Positions 1 to 10,144 of a DNA stretch of 64,000 bases are shown in pieces. The DNA is from an uncultured Verrucomicrobiae bacterium (GTDB lineage Bacteria; Verrucomicrobiota; Verrucomicrobiia; Chthoniobacterales; Chthoniobacteraceae). The position numbers were made by a program, and so were the translations under genes. The notes beneath the pieces are model-generated. The model was not told the DNA's origin. It did not search any database and saw only the letters and a list, made by a program, of their open reading frames with translations. Numbering within the stretch: the stretch's first letter is position 1; each line of letters opens with the position of its first letter. The stretch covers positions 1 through 64,000 of the forward strand of contig CAVYKI010000010.1 of the NCBI GenBank assembly GCA_963769025.1. The letters are read 5' to 3'.

Positions 1-222
1 AGCCACGTGCGCAATGCAAGGGATCCCCTGCCCTCCCATGCGGCGGCGGGAGCGCCGGGACGCAATGCGGAGGATTTTCTCCCCCGCTGCCTCGACCTCA
101 TCTCCGCGGAGGATGTGATCCGGCGCATGGGCCTGTACTTCGACGGCGGTGCGGTGCGGGCGCTCACGGCCGGGGAATGGCGGCGCTGCGAGGAGACGAT
201 CGGCGGCGTGGCCAGCGGATGA
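1..222 (+). CDS. C-terminal end of a gene running in from the left edge, possibly a glycosyltransferase family 9 (heptosyltransferase-like) protein
   Basis: Frame open from base 1 to TGA at 220-222; the tail PRCLDLISAEDVIRR resembles the end of GT9 proteins. Only about 73 codons are visible. Confidence 0.4.
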   Translation, partial: SHVRNARDPLPSHAAAGAPGRNAEDFLPRCLDLISAEDVIRRMGLYFDGGAVRALTAGEWRRCEETIGGVASG

Positions 223-238
223 GGGCGGACTTCTGCCG

Positions 239-1138
239 CTATGAAGCGCTGCGCGGGATTCCCGCGTCCGCGAACTGGCGCGGGGTGACGCCGAGGACGC
301 GTTTGAAATGCCGCGCCATGTGGCTTTGATCCGAGAAGCCGGCGTCCTGCGCGACGGCGGCCATCGTCCAGCCGCGCTCGCGGCGCATGAGCTCCTGCGC
401 GCGGTCCACGCGCAGGCGGATGAGGTAGTCGTGCGGCGGATGGCCGGTCGCCGTCTTGAACTGCCGCGCAAAATGAAACGGGCTCAGGCCGGCGGCGTCC
501 GCGAGTTCCTCGAGCGACAGCGGCTCCACCATCCGGCGGCGCATGAGTTCCACGGCGCGCAGCACGGCGACGGGCGGCGCGACGTCCGCCGGCTTGCGGG
601 CGGGGAGCTGCTGGTATTCGCGGAGGAGCAGGACGGCGATGGCGCGGGCGACGCCCTCGGCGACCAGGGATGCGCCGGGCGGCGCGTCCAGTTCCGGCAC
701 GAGCTGCCGCATGAGCGCGCACACCGGATGGGTCGCTGGCAGCTTGCGGACATTTGCCGCGCCGTGCAGCGCGGAGCTTCCGCCGAGTTCCGCCGCGATG
801 CGCTCGAAGAACCACGGCTCGAACCCGAGCATCAGGATCTGCACGTCGCCCGTCCACCGGAACGACACCGGCCGCCCGGCAGGCGTGACGCGCCCCTCGC
901 CCGCGCGATACACGACCTTTCGCACCTCGCCATCCACCACCACGTCGCTCCGCAGCGGCTTGAGAAAGTAATAGAAGACGTGCTGCCGGATGCCGGGGAC
1001 GTAGTCCACATGCCCGGATTTCCCGCGCCGCTCCTGGAGGAAAAGCCCCGGCCAGCCGCGCGACCGCCGCACCACCGTGATGGCCGCAGGCACATACTTC
1101 TCGACGTCCACGAGCGGCAGGGAGGGGGTTTTCTTCAT
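239..1138 (-). CDS. AraC family transcriptional regulator
   Basis: C-terminal double HTH: LSLEELADAAGLSPFHFARQFK...VAQDAGFSDQSHMARHFKRVLGVTP; start placed at MKKTPSLP (ATG 1138). Confidence 0.92.
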   Translation of the reverse strand: MKKTPSLPLVDVEKYVPAAITVVRRSRGWPGLFLQERRGKSGHVDYVPGIRQHVFYYFLKPLRSDVVVDGEVRKVVYRAGEGRVTPAGRPVSFRWTGDVQILMLGFEPWFFERIAAELGGSSALHGAANVRKLPATHPVCALMRQLVPELDAPPGASLVAEGVARAIAVLLLREYQQLPARKPADVAPPVAVLRAVELMRRRMVEPLSLEELADAAGLSPFHFARQFKTATGHPPHDYLIRLRVDRAQELMRRERGWTMAAVAQDAGFSDQSHMARHFKRVLGVTPRQFADAGIPRSAS

Positions 1139-1264
1139 GCGCGCCGCGACGATACGCAGCCCGCGGCAGGATTGCCAACCGCGGATGGGAAAGTGCGCGC
1201 CCGTGCCCCGTGCGGGGCTCTTTGCCTTGCCCGCGCGCAAGGCCGGCGGTAGCGTCGCGCCATC

Positions 1265-1909
1265 GTGAAATTCCCAATCCTCGCCTCGCTCGTCCTCGCC
1301 GCCACCTGTCTCGCACAGAAGGATCGACCCGACGTGATTGCGCTGGAGAAAAAGGCGTCAGCCGGGGACGCGGAGGCGCAGATCGCCCTCGGCCTCGCGT
1401 ACGACGAAGGCAAGGGCGTCGCGCAGGATCGCAAGAAGGCCGCGGAATGGTTCACCAAAGCCGCCGCCCAAGGCGTGGCGGAAGCGCAGTTCAACCTGGG
1501 CATCATGTACAGCTCCGGCATCGGGGTCGCGAAGGACGAGGCGAAGGGAGTGGAGTGGCTGGAAAAGGCATCGGTGCAGGGCTTGGTGGATGCGCAATTC
1601 AACCTCGCCAACATGTACGCAAACGGACGGGGCACCGCGAAGAATCCGGAAAAGGCCGTCGAGTGGTACGAGAAGGCCGCGTTCAAAAGCATGACGCGGG
1701 CGCAGTTCAACCTGGCGCTCATGTACTATGTCGGGAAGGACGTGCCGAAGGATCCCGTGAAAGCCTACGCGTGGCTCTCGGCAGCCGCAGCCGACGGCGA
1801 TCCCGCCGCGAAACACAACCGCGACTTCATGGAGAAAAGCCTGACCGCCGAGGAGAAGGCGAAATACAAAAAGGCGGCGGAGGAGCTCGCGGCGAAGCTC
1901 AAGCCGTAG
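1265..1909 (+). CDS. Secreted Sel1-like repeat protein
   Basis: Signal peptide, then four A(Q)FNL(G/A)xMY..G.G...D..KA..W..KAA repeats. Confidence 0.92.
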   Translation: MKFPILASLVLAATCLAQKDRPDVIALEKKASAGDAEAQIALGLAYDEGKGVAQDRKKAAEWFTKAAAQGVAEAQFNLGIMYSSGIGVAKDEAKGVEWLEKASVQGLVDAQFNLANMYANGRGTAKNPEKAVEWYEKAAFKSMTRAQFNLALMYYVGKDVPKDPVKAYAWLSAAAADGDPAAKHNRDFMEKSLTAEEKAKYKKAAEELAAKLKP

Positions 1910-1991
1910 CCGGCGCAAGCCGGTGGGATGGCCCGCCTCCGGCACCGTCGTGCCGGCGGTTTTCCCCCCGCGGATGAAATAGAAGACCGTC

Positions 1992-3188
1992 GTGAGCGCC
2001 CCGACTCCGGCCGCGAGCCGCCCCCGCTTTTTCCAGCTCTGCCTCGCGGAGCCGTTCCGGATTTTCTTCCCGCTCGGCGTGCTGTTCGGGATTTCCGGCG
2101 TGTCGCTGTGGCCGCTCTACTTGCTCGGGATTCACACGTCCTTCTATCCGGGATTGATGCACGCGCGGTTGATGATCGAGGGGTTTCTCGGTGCGTTCGT
2201 GCTCGGGTTTCTCGGGACGGCACTGCCGCGGATCCTCGGCGCAGCATCGCTGACACGTTGCGAACTCTGGACGCTCGTCGTGCTCCATCTCACGGCGATC
2301 GGCCTCCACATCGGCCTGCAACCCTTTTCCGGCGACCGCGTGTTTCTCGCGCTGCTCGTCTTCTTCCTCGTATGCATGGGACGAAGGTTCGTCCGGCGCG
2401 AGGATCTGCCACCGCCGGGATTTGCCCTCGTCGGCCTCGGCTTCCTGAATGCGCTCGCCGGCACCGCGCTGCTCGCTTCCGTGCCGCTGAACGTCTGGAC
2501 TTACGCGATGCCCGTCGGCACCGCGCTCTTGAACGAGGGCTGGCTGCTGCTGCTGATCCTGGGCATCGGCGGATTTCTCCTGCCCCGGTTCTTTGGGATG
2601 GAGCTCACGCCGTTCCCTGAATCCCGCACGCCGCCGCCGGGCTGGACACCGCGCGCGCTGGCCGCCGCGGCGACCGGCGTCGCGATCACGGGGACATTGA
2701 TCGCCGAGAGCCTCGCCTTTCACCCGCTCGCTGCGCAGCTGATCCGCTGCGCCACCGCCGCTGCCTACCTGCTGACGACCGTGCCGTTTCATCGTGTGAA
2801 AGCGCCAAACACCACGCTCACGTTCTGCCTGCGCGCCGCGCTGGTGCTGCTCATCGCCGGGCTCGCCTTCCCGCTCTGCTGGCCGCACCTGCGCGTCGCG
2901 GGACTGCACGTGATTTTCATCGGCGGATTCAGCCTCATCGCGCTCACCGTCGCCACGCGCGTCGTGCTCGGCCACAGCGGCGGCTCGCATCTTTTCCCGG
3001 CTCCCCTGCCCTTCCTGCGCGGCGCGGCGGTGCTCTTCGCCATCACGACGCTGCTGCGCGTGGTCGCGGACTTCCTGCCGCTCGCCCGCACTCACTGGCT
3101 CAACGCCGCCGCCGGCGCGTGGATGCTCGCGGCGCTCGTGTGGGCGCGGCGCATCCTTCCACGCGTCCGGATTCCGGATTCGGACTGA
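1992..3188 (+). CDS. nnrS: NnrS family membrane protein
   Basis: EPFRIFFPLG, H(A)RLMIEGF, GFLGTALPR, H..F.GGF, ATRVVLGHSG motifs; about 12 hydrophobic segments. Confidence 0.85.
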   Translation: MSAPTPAASRPRFFQLCLAEPFRIFFPLGVLFGISGVSLWPLYLLGIHTSFYPGLMHARLMIEGFLGAFVLGFLGTALPRILGAASLTRCELWTLVVLHLTAIGLHIGLQPFSGDRVFLALLVFFLVCMGRRFVRREDLPPPGFALVGLGFLNALAGTALLASVPLNVWTYAMPVGTALLNEGWLLLLILGIGGFLLPRFFGMELTPFPESRTPPPGWTPRALAAAATGVAITGTLIAESLAFHPLAAQLIRCATAAAYLLTTVPFHRVKAPNTTLTFCLRAALVLLIAGLAFPLCWPHLRVAGLHVIFIGGFSLIALTVATRVVLGHSGGSHLFPAPLPFLRGAAVLFAITTLLRVVADFLPLARTHWLNAAAGAWMLAALVWARRILPRVRIPDSD

Positions 3189-3210
3189 CGGGAATCACGG
3201 CAAGGCGTTA

Positions 3211-4103
3211 GAGACTGTGCAAAAAGTCTGCACTATGGTCATTTTAGTAACTCGTACGAATTGGAGGAATGGGGTGGAAAGCTTGGGATGCCGAACCAAG
3301 AACCGTATCCGAGTGACCTCAATGAAGTGGAATGGGAGCTGTTGCGCCCGCTGGTGAACGTGCCGGCGAAGCTTGGGCGGCCACCGCGCCACGACCGGAG
3401 GCTGGTGCTCAATGCCATCTTCTACGTGGTGCGCAGCGGGTGCGCGTGGCGGCTCTTGCCGCATGACCTGCCGCCGTGGCGGCTGTGCTACTACTACTTT
3501 GCCAAGTGGCGGGAGAACGGGCTCTGGGTGCAAATCAACGATCAGCTGCGCGAGGCCGTGCGCGGGAAAGGCGCGAAAAAAAAGCCCCCAGCGCTGCGAT
3601 CTTCGACGCGCAGAGTGTTAAAGTGGCTAACCACCCCGGAGTGCGAGGCTACGATGCGGGCAAGAAGATCCGAGGGCGAAAACGGCATCTGGTGGTAGAC
3701 ACCCTGGGGCTCATCCTGGGCGTCGTGGTCACCGGTGCCGATGTCTCCGATCGCGCCGGATCCCTGCAGGTGCTCCCGCCCGTGCTGCGCACCCAGCCAC
3801 GGCTCGGACAGCTGTGGGCGGACGCAGGCTACGCGGGCGGCACGCTCGCCGCAGACTTGCGCGCGCACGCCGCCCATCCGGACCTGCGCCTGGACATCAT
3901 CAAACGCAGCGACCCCGCCCCCAAAGGCTTCCAAGTCCAGCCCAAGCGGTGGATCGTCGAACGCACTTTGGGATGGCTCATGCAGGCGCGCAGACTTGCC
4001 CGCGACTACGAAACCAAAACCGCCTCCAGCCAGGCGATGATCCTCATTCAAGCCTCCCGCATCATGCTGCGCAGACTCGCCAAGTGACTTTTTACACAGT
4101 CTC
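3211..4103 (+). mobile_element. IS5-family insertion sequence, 893 bp, complete
   Basis: Terminal inverted repeats GAGACTGTGCAAAAAGTC (3211-3228) and GACTTTTTACACAGTCTC (4086-4103), 17/18 match; flanking TTA direct repeat (3208-3210, 4104-4106); internal transposase. Confidence 0.93.
3288..4087 (+). CDS. IS5-family DDE transposase, two ORFs joined by a probable programmed -1 frameshift
   Basis: OrfA YPSDL..EW..GRP..LNAIFYVVRSGCAWRLLPHDLPPW; OrfB DAQSVK..GYDAGKKIRGRKRHLVVDTLG..ADAGY..RWIVERT; slippery A8G run at 3576-3584 in the overlap. Confidence 0.9.
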
Positions 4104-4364
4104 TTAGTGTGCGCACGCTGTTCCGTCCCCTCCATCGAACCTATTTTTCTTGCCTATCGCTGGTCAAGGGTCGAAAAGCACATTGCCTCAGGCAAAGGTT
4201 TCACAGCTCTCTCCAACGACTCTCATCGGGAAAGCAACGGTGATGGGCTGTGGAAAAAAGCACATCAAATGAGAACGCTCCCCTTTTTGAAACACGATCA
4301 GGCCCGGCGAGTTTCGCCCGCCGGCGCACGGGACAATTTCCAACGAACACAATAGGAGACGCAA

Positions 4365-4922
4365 ATGAACATGTTGATTCCAATGAAGACGCTGGCGGCT
4401 GGTGGCGATCCGGTGCAATTGCTGGACCTTGTGCAGTACGGGACCATCGGCATCGCGCTGGCTGGTTTGATCATGAGCTTCTGGCTGGTCACCCAGGCGA
4501 ACAAGGAGAACAAGGTGGACCTGCTGAACATCAAGAGCAACAATGCGACGAAATTTCGCATGACATGCATCGTGGCGCTCGGCTTCAGCCTCGCGATCGA
4601 AGTGGTGAAGCTGTTCGCCAGCGGCAGAACGCCCGATGTGGTGGCGGCGGTGAAGGCCCGAATCGGCCTGGTCCCGCTGACAGAGGCGGGTTCTGGAAAA
4701 TACGGGAAACCAAAGATCACCCACATCCGTGGAAGCGAAGACATCCCCATCCCGGTGAAAATGACCGGCTTCGAGGTCGCGCTGAATCCAAACGACAGCA
4801 TCGTGGTGGATGTCGAGGAATTGATGAAGAAGCTGGATGCCGAAAAGGAGCAGCATGACTTGGACAAGCGACTCTATGTGGCGCCTCAGGCGGCGACATT
4901 GAACCCGACAGCTATCCAATAG
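4365..4922 (+). CDS. Hypothetical membrane protein (2 TM helices)
   Basis: 185-aa ORF with an upstream AGGAG RBS and two hydrophobic segments. Confidence 0.7.
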   Translation: MNMLIPMKTLAAGGDPVQLLDLVQYGTIGIALAGLIMSFWLVTQANKENKVDLLNIKSNNATKFRMTCIVALGFSLAIEVVKLFASGRTPDVVAAVKARIGLVPLTEAGSGKYGKPKITHIRGSEDIPIPVKMTGFEVALNPNDSIVVDVEELMKKLDAEKEQHDLDKRLYVAPQAATLNPTAIQ

Positions 4923-4928
4923 GCATCC

Positions 4929-5867
4929 ATGAAAACGTTCATCTCACTTGCAACAAAGGTCGCGGCAGCGCTGCTCGCATTGGCATCCTCGAACATCCGG
5001 GGGATCGCCGCGGATGCAGATCGCTTTGGGCAGAGACCGAAACCGAGCGCGGAAATGAAGGTGCGGCAGGCGGTGGAGGCGAGCGGGAAGGACCTGGCCA
5101 CATCGGCAAAGCTGCTGCAGGAGGCGCTGGAGGAGGATCCGTCGTACTACCGGGCGCAACTGAACCTGGGGCTGATCAGGCAGGCGCAGAATCTGAAGAA
5201 GGAAGCTGTGTCGGAGTTGGAAGTGGCAAACGAGATGAAGAATGCATATGACGTAAAGGACGCAGGGATCTTTGCGGAACTGGGGTTCGCATACCATCGG
5301 GCGGATATGTACGAACAGGCGCAAAAGGCATTCGCCGACGGGGTGGCAAACATCACGAAGCTCACTCCGCAGGAACAGGAAAAGCTGCTTCAACGGGGGG
5401 TGGCATTTTATCTGGAATACCAGAATCCACAGGCCGCTACGATTCTCTACGAGACCGCGAAGGGGGGATTGAACCCGGCTCTGAGGGCGACGATGGACAC
5501 TTTCCTGAAGCAGGGCATCGAACGCCTGACCAGGAACGATGTGGACGGCGGGTGGGTGAGCTACGGGAGGGAAAAGCTGACGGTGACGGGATCGGAATGG
5601 GGCGCTCAGCTCTTCCGGAAGGTGGATGGCAGTCCCGGAGTGCCGAAGGCGGGAGAAAAAATCACGCCCCTGGGTGGGGCGGTGAACATCCGCATGGATC
5701 GGCGGCGCACGGAAAACAAGGAGACGCAGCTCGCCCTCGCGGTGGGTTATGCAAGACCGGGCGAGGTCTTCACCGTGGTGAGCGAGCCGTTCGGTGTGGA
5801 GTTGGATCGGGATCTCGCCGGCTGGAAGGCCTGGTGGGTGCAGGTAAAGCGGGATAAGGCGCCTTAG
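4929..5867 (+). CDS. Secreted tetratricopeptide-repeat protein
   Basis: Signal peptide; TPR-like helices (ALEEDPSYYRAQLNLGLI, AELGFAYHRADMYEQAQKAF); beta-rich C-terminal domain. Confidence 0.75.
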   Translation: MKTFISLATKVAAALLALASSNIRGIAADADRFGQRPKPSAEMKVRQAVEASGKDLATSAKLLQEALEEDPSYYRAQLNLGLIRQAQNLKKEAVSELEVANEMKNAYDVKDAGIFAELGFAYHRADMYEQAQKAFADGVANITKLTPQEQEKLLQRGVAFYLEYQNPQAATILYETAKGGLNPALRATMDTFLKQGIERLTRNDVDGGWVSYGREKLTVTGSEWGAQLFRKVDGSPGVPKAGEKITPLGGAVNIRMDRRRTENKETQLALAVGYARPGEVFTVVSEPFGVELDRDLAGWKAWWVQVKRDKAP

Positions 5868-6044
5868 GAGGCGTCGCACCCGGGACGGAAAGTGACAGCA
5901 CTCGGGCCGGAGTGGCCGTCGCTCGCGCAGTCGTGTATATCCGAGGCGGGACGACGGAGGCCGGGAATTTCGCGGGCGGCATTCTCATGTCGGAGTTCGG
6001 GCGTGCAAACGACCGCCGGTCAAACCGCCGTTTGCACCATCGAC

Positions 6045-6602
6045 CTACCCCGCCCCGAGCCGCTGCGATTTTTTGTTCGCCGGGTGCTCATCTTTTTTTC
6101 CGTGAAGGAAGACGGCCGTCCACTCCGCGAGACGCTGGCCGAGCAGGCGGCACGCGGCGGTGTCGTCTTCCGAGCGCGGCTCCTTTGCGACGACCGCGCC
6201 GTAGTGGAGCGTGCGCATCTTCGTCGCGTAATCCGTCACGCCGAAGACGAGGAAACCGAAATTCATCAGCACGGTGAGGATGGACTGGCAGGCGAGCTCC
6301 ATGCCGCCGCCCCATCCGCCGGCGGAGGAAAAGGCGCATGCGATTTTGCCGTCCACGTCCATCCAGTGCGGCCCCATCGTCTCATCCCAGAAGCGTTTCA
6401 TCTTCCACGAGAGGATGCCCATGTTCGTCGGGCTGCCCACCGCGAGGCCGTCGCACCAGATCACGTCGTCCGCCTTCGCCTCGTCCACGGGTCGCAGGCG
6501 CACCTCGGTGTCCGCGATGCGCTGCGCGCCCTCGGCGACGAGGGCCGCCATCTTTGCGACATTGCCGGACTTGGAATCGTAGAGGACGAGGATGCGGTTC
6601 AT
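6045..6602 (-). CDS. Flavodoxin-like / WrbA-type NAD(P)H:quinone oxidoreductase
   Basis: ILVLYDSKSGNVAKMA FMN loop, GSPTNMG, SSAGGWGGGME. Confidence 0.88.
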   Translation of the reverse strand: MNRILVLYDSKSGNVAKMAALVAEGAQRIADTEVRLRPVDEAKADDVIWCDGLAVGSPTNMGILSWKMKRFWDETMGPHWMDVDGKIACAFSSAGGWGGGMELACQSILTVLMNFGFLVFGVTDYATKMRTLHYGAVVAKEPRSEDDTAACRLLGQRLAEWTAVFLHGKKDEHPANKKSQRLGAG

Positions 6603-6614
6603 AGAAAGCGGCGC

Positions 6615-7100
6615 TCAGTGCGCGGGCGGGAGCATCACGATGCCATAGCGCGGGGCCACGGAGAGCAGCTTCTCGATTTCGCCGGGCTGAGGCGGAATCG
6701 GCGGCGCGTCCGATGAGGGCAGCTCGGTTGCAAACTCGGCCATGAACTTCTCGAACCCCGCTGGCATGCACATGATGAGCATGCGCGCGGGCTTCGCCGT
6801 GTGGTTCCTGAACGCGTGCGGCGTGCCCCGTGGGATCTGGACGAACGTGCCCGGCGTCCCGATCACCGCGCGCCCGTCCACGGTGAACGTGATTTCGCCC
6901 TCGGTGACGTAGAAGGACTCCTCCTCGCGCGTGTGGTAATGCGGAGGAGGTCCGCCACCGGGCGGCACCGTGGCATCGGCGAGGCAGTAGTCGCCGCCGG
7001 TCTGTTCGCCGGTGGCGAGGATGACGTATCGGTCGCCGACGGCGGAGAAGGTCTTCGCATTGCCGGGAGTGGAGTGGATGAATTGCACGGGGGCGCTCAT
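6615..7100 (-). CDS. Cupin domain protein (quercetin dioxygenase-like)
   Basis: GPPPHYHTREEESFYVTEG and IPRGTPHAF cupin motifs. Confidence 0.9.
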   Translation of the reverse strand: MSAPVQFIHSTPGNAKTFSAVGDRYVILATGEQTGGDYCLADATVPPGGGPPPHYHTREEESFYVTEGEITFTVDGRAVIGTPGTFVQIPRGTPHAFRNHTAKPARMLIMCMPAGFEKFMAEFATELPSSDAPPIPPQPGEIEKLLSVAPRYGIVMLPPAH

Positions 7101-7278
7101 GGGCCATGGAAAACATCACGGACGCGGACACGCGGCAACATTTTGCGGTTTCGCGCAGGCGGCGGACCATTCCGCATTCGCGTCCCCTCGCTTCGGCGAT
7201 GCGCGTTAAACACATTTTCATCACAGAGCATTTGCGTTGCTTGGATGGCGCGACGATGGAGCGCACCCGCAAAACCCA

Positions 7279-8559
7279 ATGACGAGCGCACCCGCACCTC
7301 CGACACCCCTGACCAAGCGCGGCACCGCGCCGCCCGCGCGCAGCCCGGGCCGGCGCGTGCTGCGGAAAATGATGCTCGTCGCCGCGGGAATCGCGATCGG
7401 CGCGCTCGCCACCCGCTTCATCCCGGGCAGGACGAGCACCGCTGCGATCGCGTCCGAACTCGGCACCGCCGTAAGGCCTGGCCCATGGGGCGAGCTTTAC
7501 ACCGTCCCATTCCACATCGCCGCACCGGACGAACTGCTCCCCGTCCGCACCATCGAAGCCGCCGGCACGCACTGGGTGTTCAAAAATTCCACCCGCACCG
7601 AGCTCACCAACCTGCTGGAATCCGCCGGCCTCCCCACGGACCAGCGTGAGGCGTTCCTCGACCCCGCAGTCGCGCACGTCGGCATCATGGACATCGAGCT
7701 GACTCCAACCCCCGCGATGGTCGCGGCGTTGCCCGAGAAGGCGCGGGAAGTGATCTACCGGGGCCTCGCCCAATTCCCGGAGAACCGCCCGGCCTTCTTC
7801 TTCATCCACAAGGACACGCTCCACGATCGCTTCGGCGACAGCGGTGTCTCACCGGACACCCTCGCGCTCTTCCGCAAATTCTGCTGCGAGCACGGCGATT
7901 ACCTCGTCCTCGGCGGCCTCCCGGCGCTGCTTTCGCACATCCCCGGCTACGAGGAAAAGATGCGCTTTGCAAAGGCGCTCACCCGCCAGAAGACGATGCT
8001 CATCCGCCTCCGCGTGACGGACCAGTCGGACCCGAAAACGCTGGCCGCGTACTGGGCCCGGGGCCGCTGGGCGCCGAGCATCCGGACCGTCCTCGAAGGC
8101 ATCGAACATGTTCCCGGCAGCACGTTCATGAGCATCATGGCGCTGCTCCCGCCGCTGCCCGCATCGCAGCTCTACTTCTATCCCGACGTCCAGAGCGCCC
8201 AGCCCGGCACCACCGCGCCCGTGCGCGACTGCCACTGGACCTCGCAGAATTTCTTCAGCGACCCCTCCGACACGAAGCCGATGAACCCGGCGGCGTTCGC
8301 CGTGGAACTCGCGACAAGCTACTTCCCGATATCCGGCGACCCGAGCTACGGCGACGTTGTCATCCTCGAAAAACCCGACGGCGAGATCGTCCACTCCGCG
8401 GTCTTCATCGCCGACGAGATCGTCTTCACGAAAAACGGCTCGACGCCCATCTTCCCGTGGATGTTTTCCACGGTGCCGGACCTGCGGAGGCAATACTCTT
8501 TCCTCGCCCCGGAAGGCCGCCAGCTCACCCTGCGCTACTTCCGCAACAAGGGCGCGTAG
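7279..8559 (+). CDS. Hypothetical membrane-anchored protein with a possible Cys-His (papain/NlpC-like) C-terminal domain
   Basis: Long ORF with host-like codon use; N-terminal TM; DCHWTS ... GDVV ... HSAVFIAD..VFTKNG. Confidence 0.7.
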   Translation: MTSAPAPPTPLTKRGTAPPARSPGRRVLRKMMLVAAGIAIGALATRFIPGRTSTAAIASELGTAVRPGPWGELYTVPFHIAAPDELLPVRTIEAAGTHWVFKNSTRTELTNLLESAGLPTDQREAFLDPAVAHVGIMDIELTPTPAMVAALPEKAREVIYRGLAQFPENRPAFFFIHKDTLHDRFGDSGVSPDTLALFRKFCCEHGDYLVLGGLPALLSHIPGYEEKMRFAKALTRQKTMLIRLRVTDQSDPKTLAAYWARGRWAPSIRTVLEGIEHVPGSTFMSIMALLPPLPASQLYFYPDVQSAQPGTTAPVRDCHWTSQNFFSDPSDTKPMNPAAFAVELATSYFPISGDPSYGDVVILEKPDGEIVHSAVFIADEIVFTKNGSTPIFPWMFSTVPDLRRQYSFLAPEGRQLTLRYFRNKGA

Positions 8560-8627
8560 CCCGCCCGGAGACGGACCGTCGCGAATCCGCACTGGCGTTT
8601 TCCACGCGGCTCGGAAAAATCCCGCGC

Positions 8628-9038
8628 ATGAGCACCCCGAATACCGACGCCGAAACCGGCACCTGCCGGTCCACCCCAAACGCAATCGAGTGGAATGAAC
8701 TCATCACACCCGACCCGGCTGCGGCCCTGAAGTTCTACGGCGGCCTGTTCGGCTGGACCGGCGAGCCCTTCGAGTCTGTGCCCGGCCAATCCTACACGGT
8801 GCTCAAGCTCGGCGACAGCGGCTTCGGCGGAGTGATGGCACCGCCCATGCCCGGCATCCCGCCGCACTGGCTCCACTACGTCACCGTGACGAGCGTGGAT
8901 GAGTCCCTCGCAAAAGCCACCAGCCTCGGCGCCACCGTCTGCCTCCTGCCGACCGATATCGGCGAAGCCGGCCGCATCGCCGTGCTCAAAGATCCGCAGG
9001 GCGCCGTCTTCGGCCTGCATCAGCACCCGAAAAAGTAG
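8628..9038 (+). CDS. VOC (glyoxalase/bleomycin resistance) family protein
   Basis: WNELITPDPAAALKFYGGLFGW, PHWLHYVTV, GRIAVLKDPQGAVFGL. Confidence 0.92.
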   Translation: MSTPNTDAETGTCRSTPNAIEWNELITPDPAAALKFYGGLFGWTGEPFESVPGQSYTVLKLGDSGFGGVMAPPMPGIPPHWLHYVTVTSVDESLAKATSLGATVCLLPTDIGEAGRIAVLKDPQGAVFGLHQHPKK

Positions 9039-9079
9039 CCGCGTCCTCATTTCCCCAAACCGCGCTGTTTCCCTCCCGC

Positions 9080-9730
9080 ATGAAAACCTCCCTCGCACTC
9101 CTCGTCGCCGCCATCACTTCCGCCGCTTTCGCCGCCGACCCCGGGCTGCCGCAAACGCGCATCGCACAGATTGAGAAACTCGAGTTCGCCGACGCTTTCA
9201 GCGGCACCGCGCCCGGCCCGCAGTGGAAGGCCGCCAAAGGCAGATGGGAAATCGTGGACGGCACACTCCGCGGCAGCGAAATCCCCGCGGACAAGCACGG
9301 CGCAGTCATCCGCCTGCCGTTCAGGCTGCAGAACATCGTCATCGCCTACGACGTGAAACTCGACGGCGCGAAAACGACCTCCCTCTCCATCAACGGGCCG
9401 AAGGATCACCTGGCCCGCGTCATCGTCGCACCGGCCCGCTTCGCCGTGCAGCGCGACGACCAGGATCATGACGGCCCCGACAAGGCCAGCGTCTTCCTCA
9501 CCAAGCCCGTCAAACTCGAACCGGGCACGTGGCACAGCGTCGTCCTCGAAATGGTCGGCGACAATATGGTCGGCACGCTCGACGGCAATCTCATCGGCGA
9601 CGGAAACGACCCGACTTTTGCCGCGAAGGAAAAGGTGAACCCCGGCTTCACCGTCGCCGGCGAGAGCGCCAGCTTCCGGAACGTGCGCATCTACACGGCC
9701 AAACCCGAGCCGAAGAAGGCCGGGAAGTAG
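9080..9730 (+). CDS. Secreted concanavalin-A-like / DUF1080-like hypothetical protein
   Basis: Signal peptide; GRWEIVDGTL, GTWHSVVLE, FRNVRI. Confidence 0.7.
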   Translation: MKTSLALLVAAITSAAFAADPGLPQTRIAQIEKLEFADAFSGTAPGPQWKAAKGRWEIVDGTLRGSEIPADKHGAVIRLPFRLQNIVIAYDVKLDGAKTTSLSINGPKDHLARVIVAPARFAVQRDDQDHDGPDKASVFLTKPVKLEPGTWHSVVLEMVGDNMVGTLDGNLIGDGNDPTFAAKEKVNPGFTVAGESASFRNVRIYTAKPEPKKAGK

Positions 9731-9759
9731 CAGCCTGGGGGAACGCTTTCGCTGTACCT

Positions 9760-10083
9760 TCAGCGCCGCCGGCTGCCGCCGTGCACCGCGGTGATGAGGT
9801 CACCCACCGTCCGGTGCGCCTCCAGATCATGCCTCAGCGCGGCGTCGAGGCGCACACTGTAGCGGTTGCGCCGCCCGTCGCGCTCGCGTTCGATCACGCC
9901 GCCCTCCTCGAGGTCGGCGAGGATTTTCAGCACAGCGCGCTCGGTGATGCCCACCTTCAGCGCGAGGTCGCGCACGCGCAGGGAATCGTCGGAGGCGAGG
10001 CAGAGCAGGACGTGCGAATGGTTCGTGAGAAAGGTCCAGGATGACCCGGCTGCAGGTTCGGGAGTTTTTTTCTTTGACGGCAT
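9760..10083 (-). CDS. Winged-helix transcriptional regulator divergent from sbtAB
   Basis: WTFLTNHSHVLLCL...RDLALKVGITERAVLKILADLEEGG..RERDGRRNRY. Confidence 0.88.
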   Translation of the reverse strand: MPSKKKTPEPAAGSSWTFLTNHSHVLLCLASDDSLRVRDLALKVGITERAVLKILADLEEGGVIERERDGRRNRYSVRLDAALRHDLEAHRTVGDLITAVHGGSRRR

Positions 10084-10084
10084 A

Positions 10085-10144
10085 GATGCACTTATTTACA
10101 TGCAGTTGTTTTCATGCTTTTCAACGCATGACAAGCACAGCATA
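10085..10144. promoter_or_regulatory. Putative operator array: (C)ATG(C) boxes at 14-bp spacing
   Basis: ATG cores at 10086, 10100, 10114 and 10128, plus a degenerate CATA at 10141; includes the palindrome TCATGC-N8-GCATGA (10112-10131) in an AT-rich divergent promoter. Confidence 0.5.
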
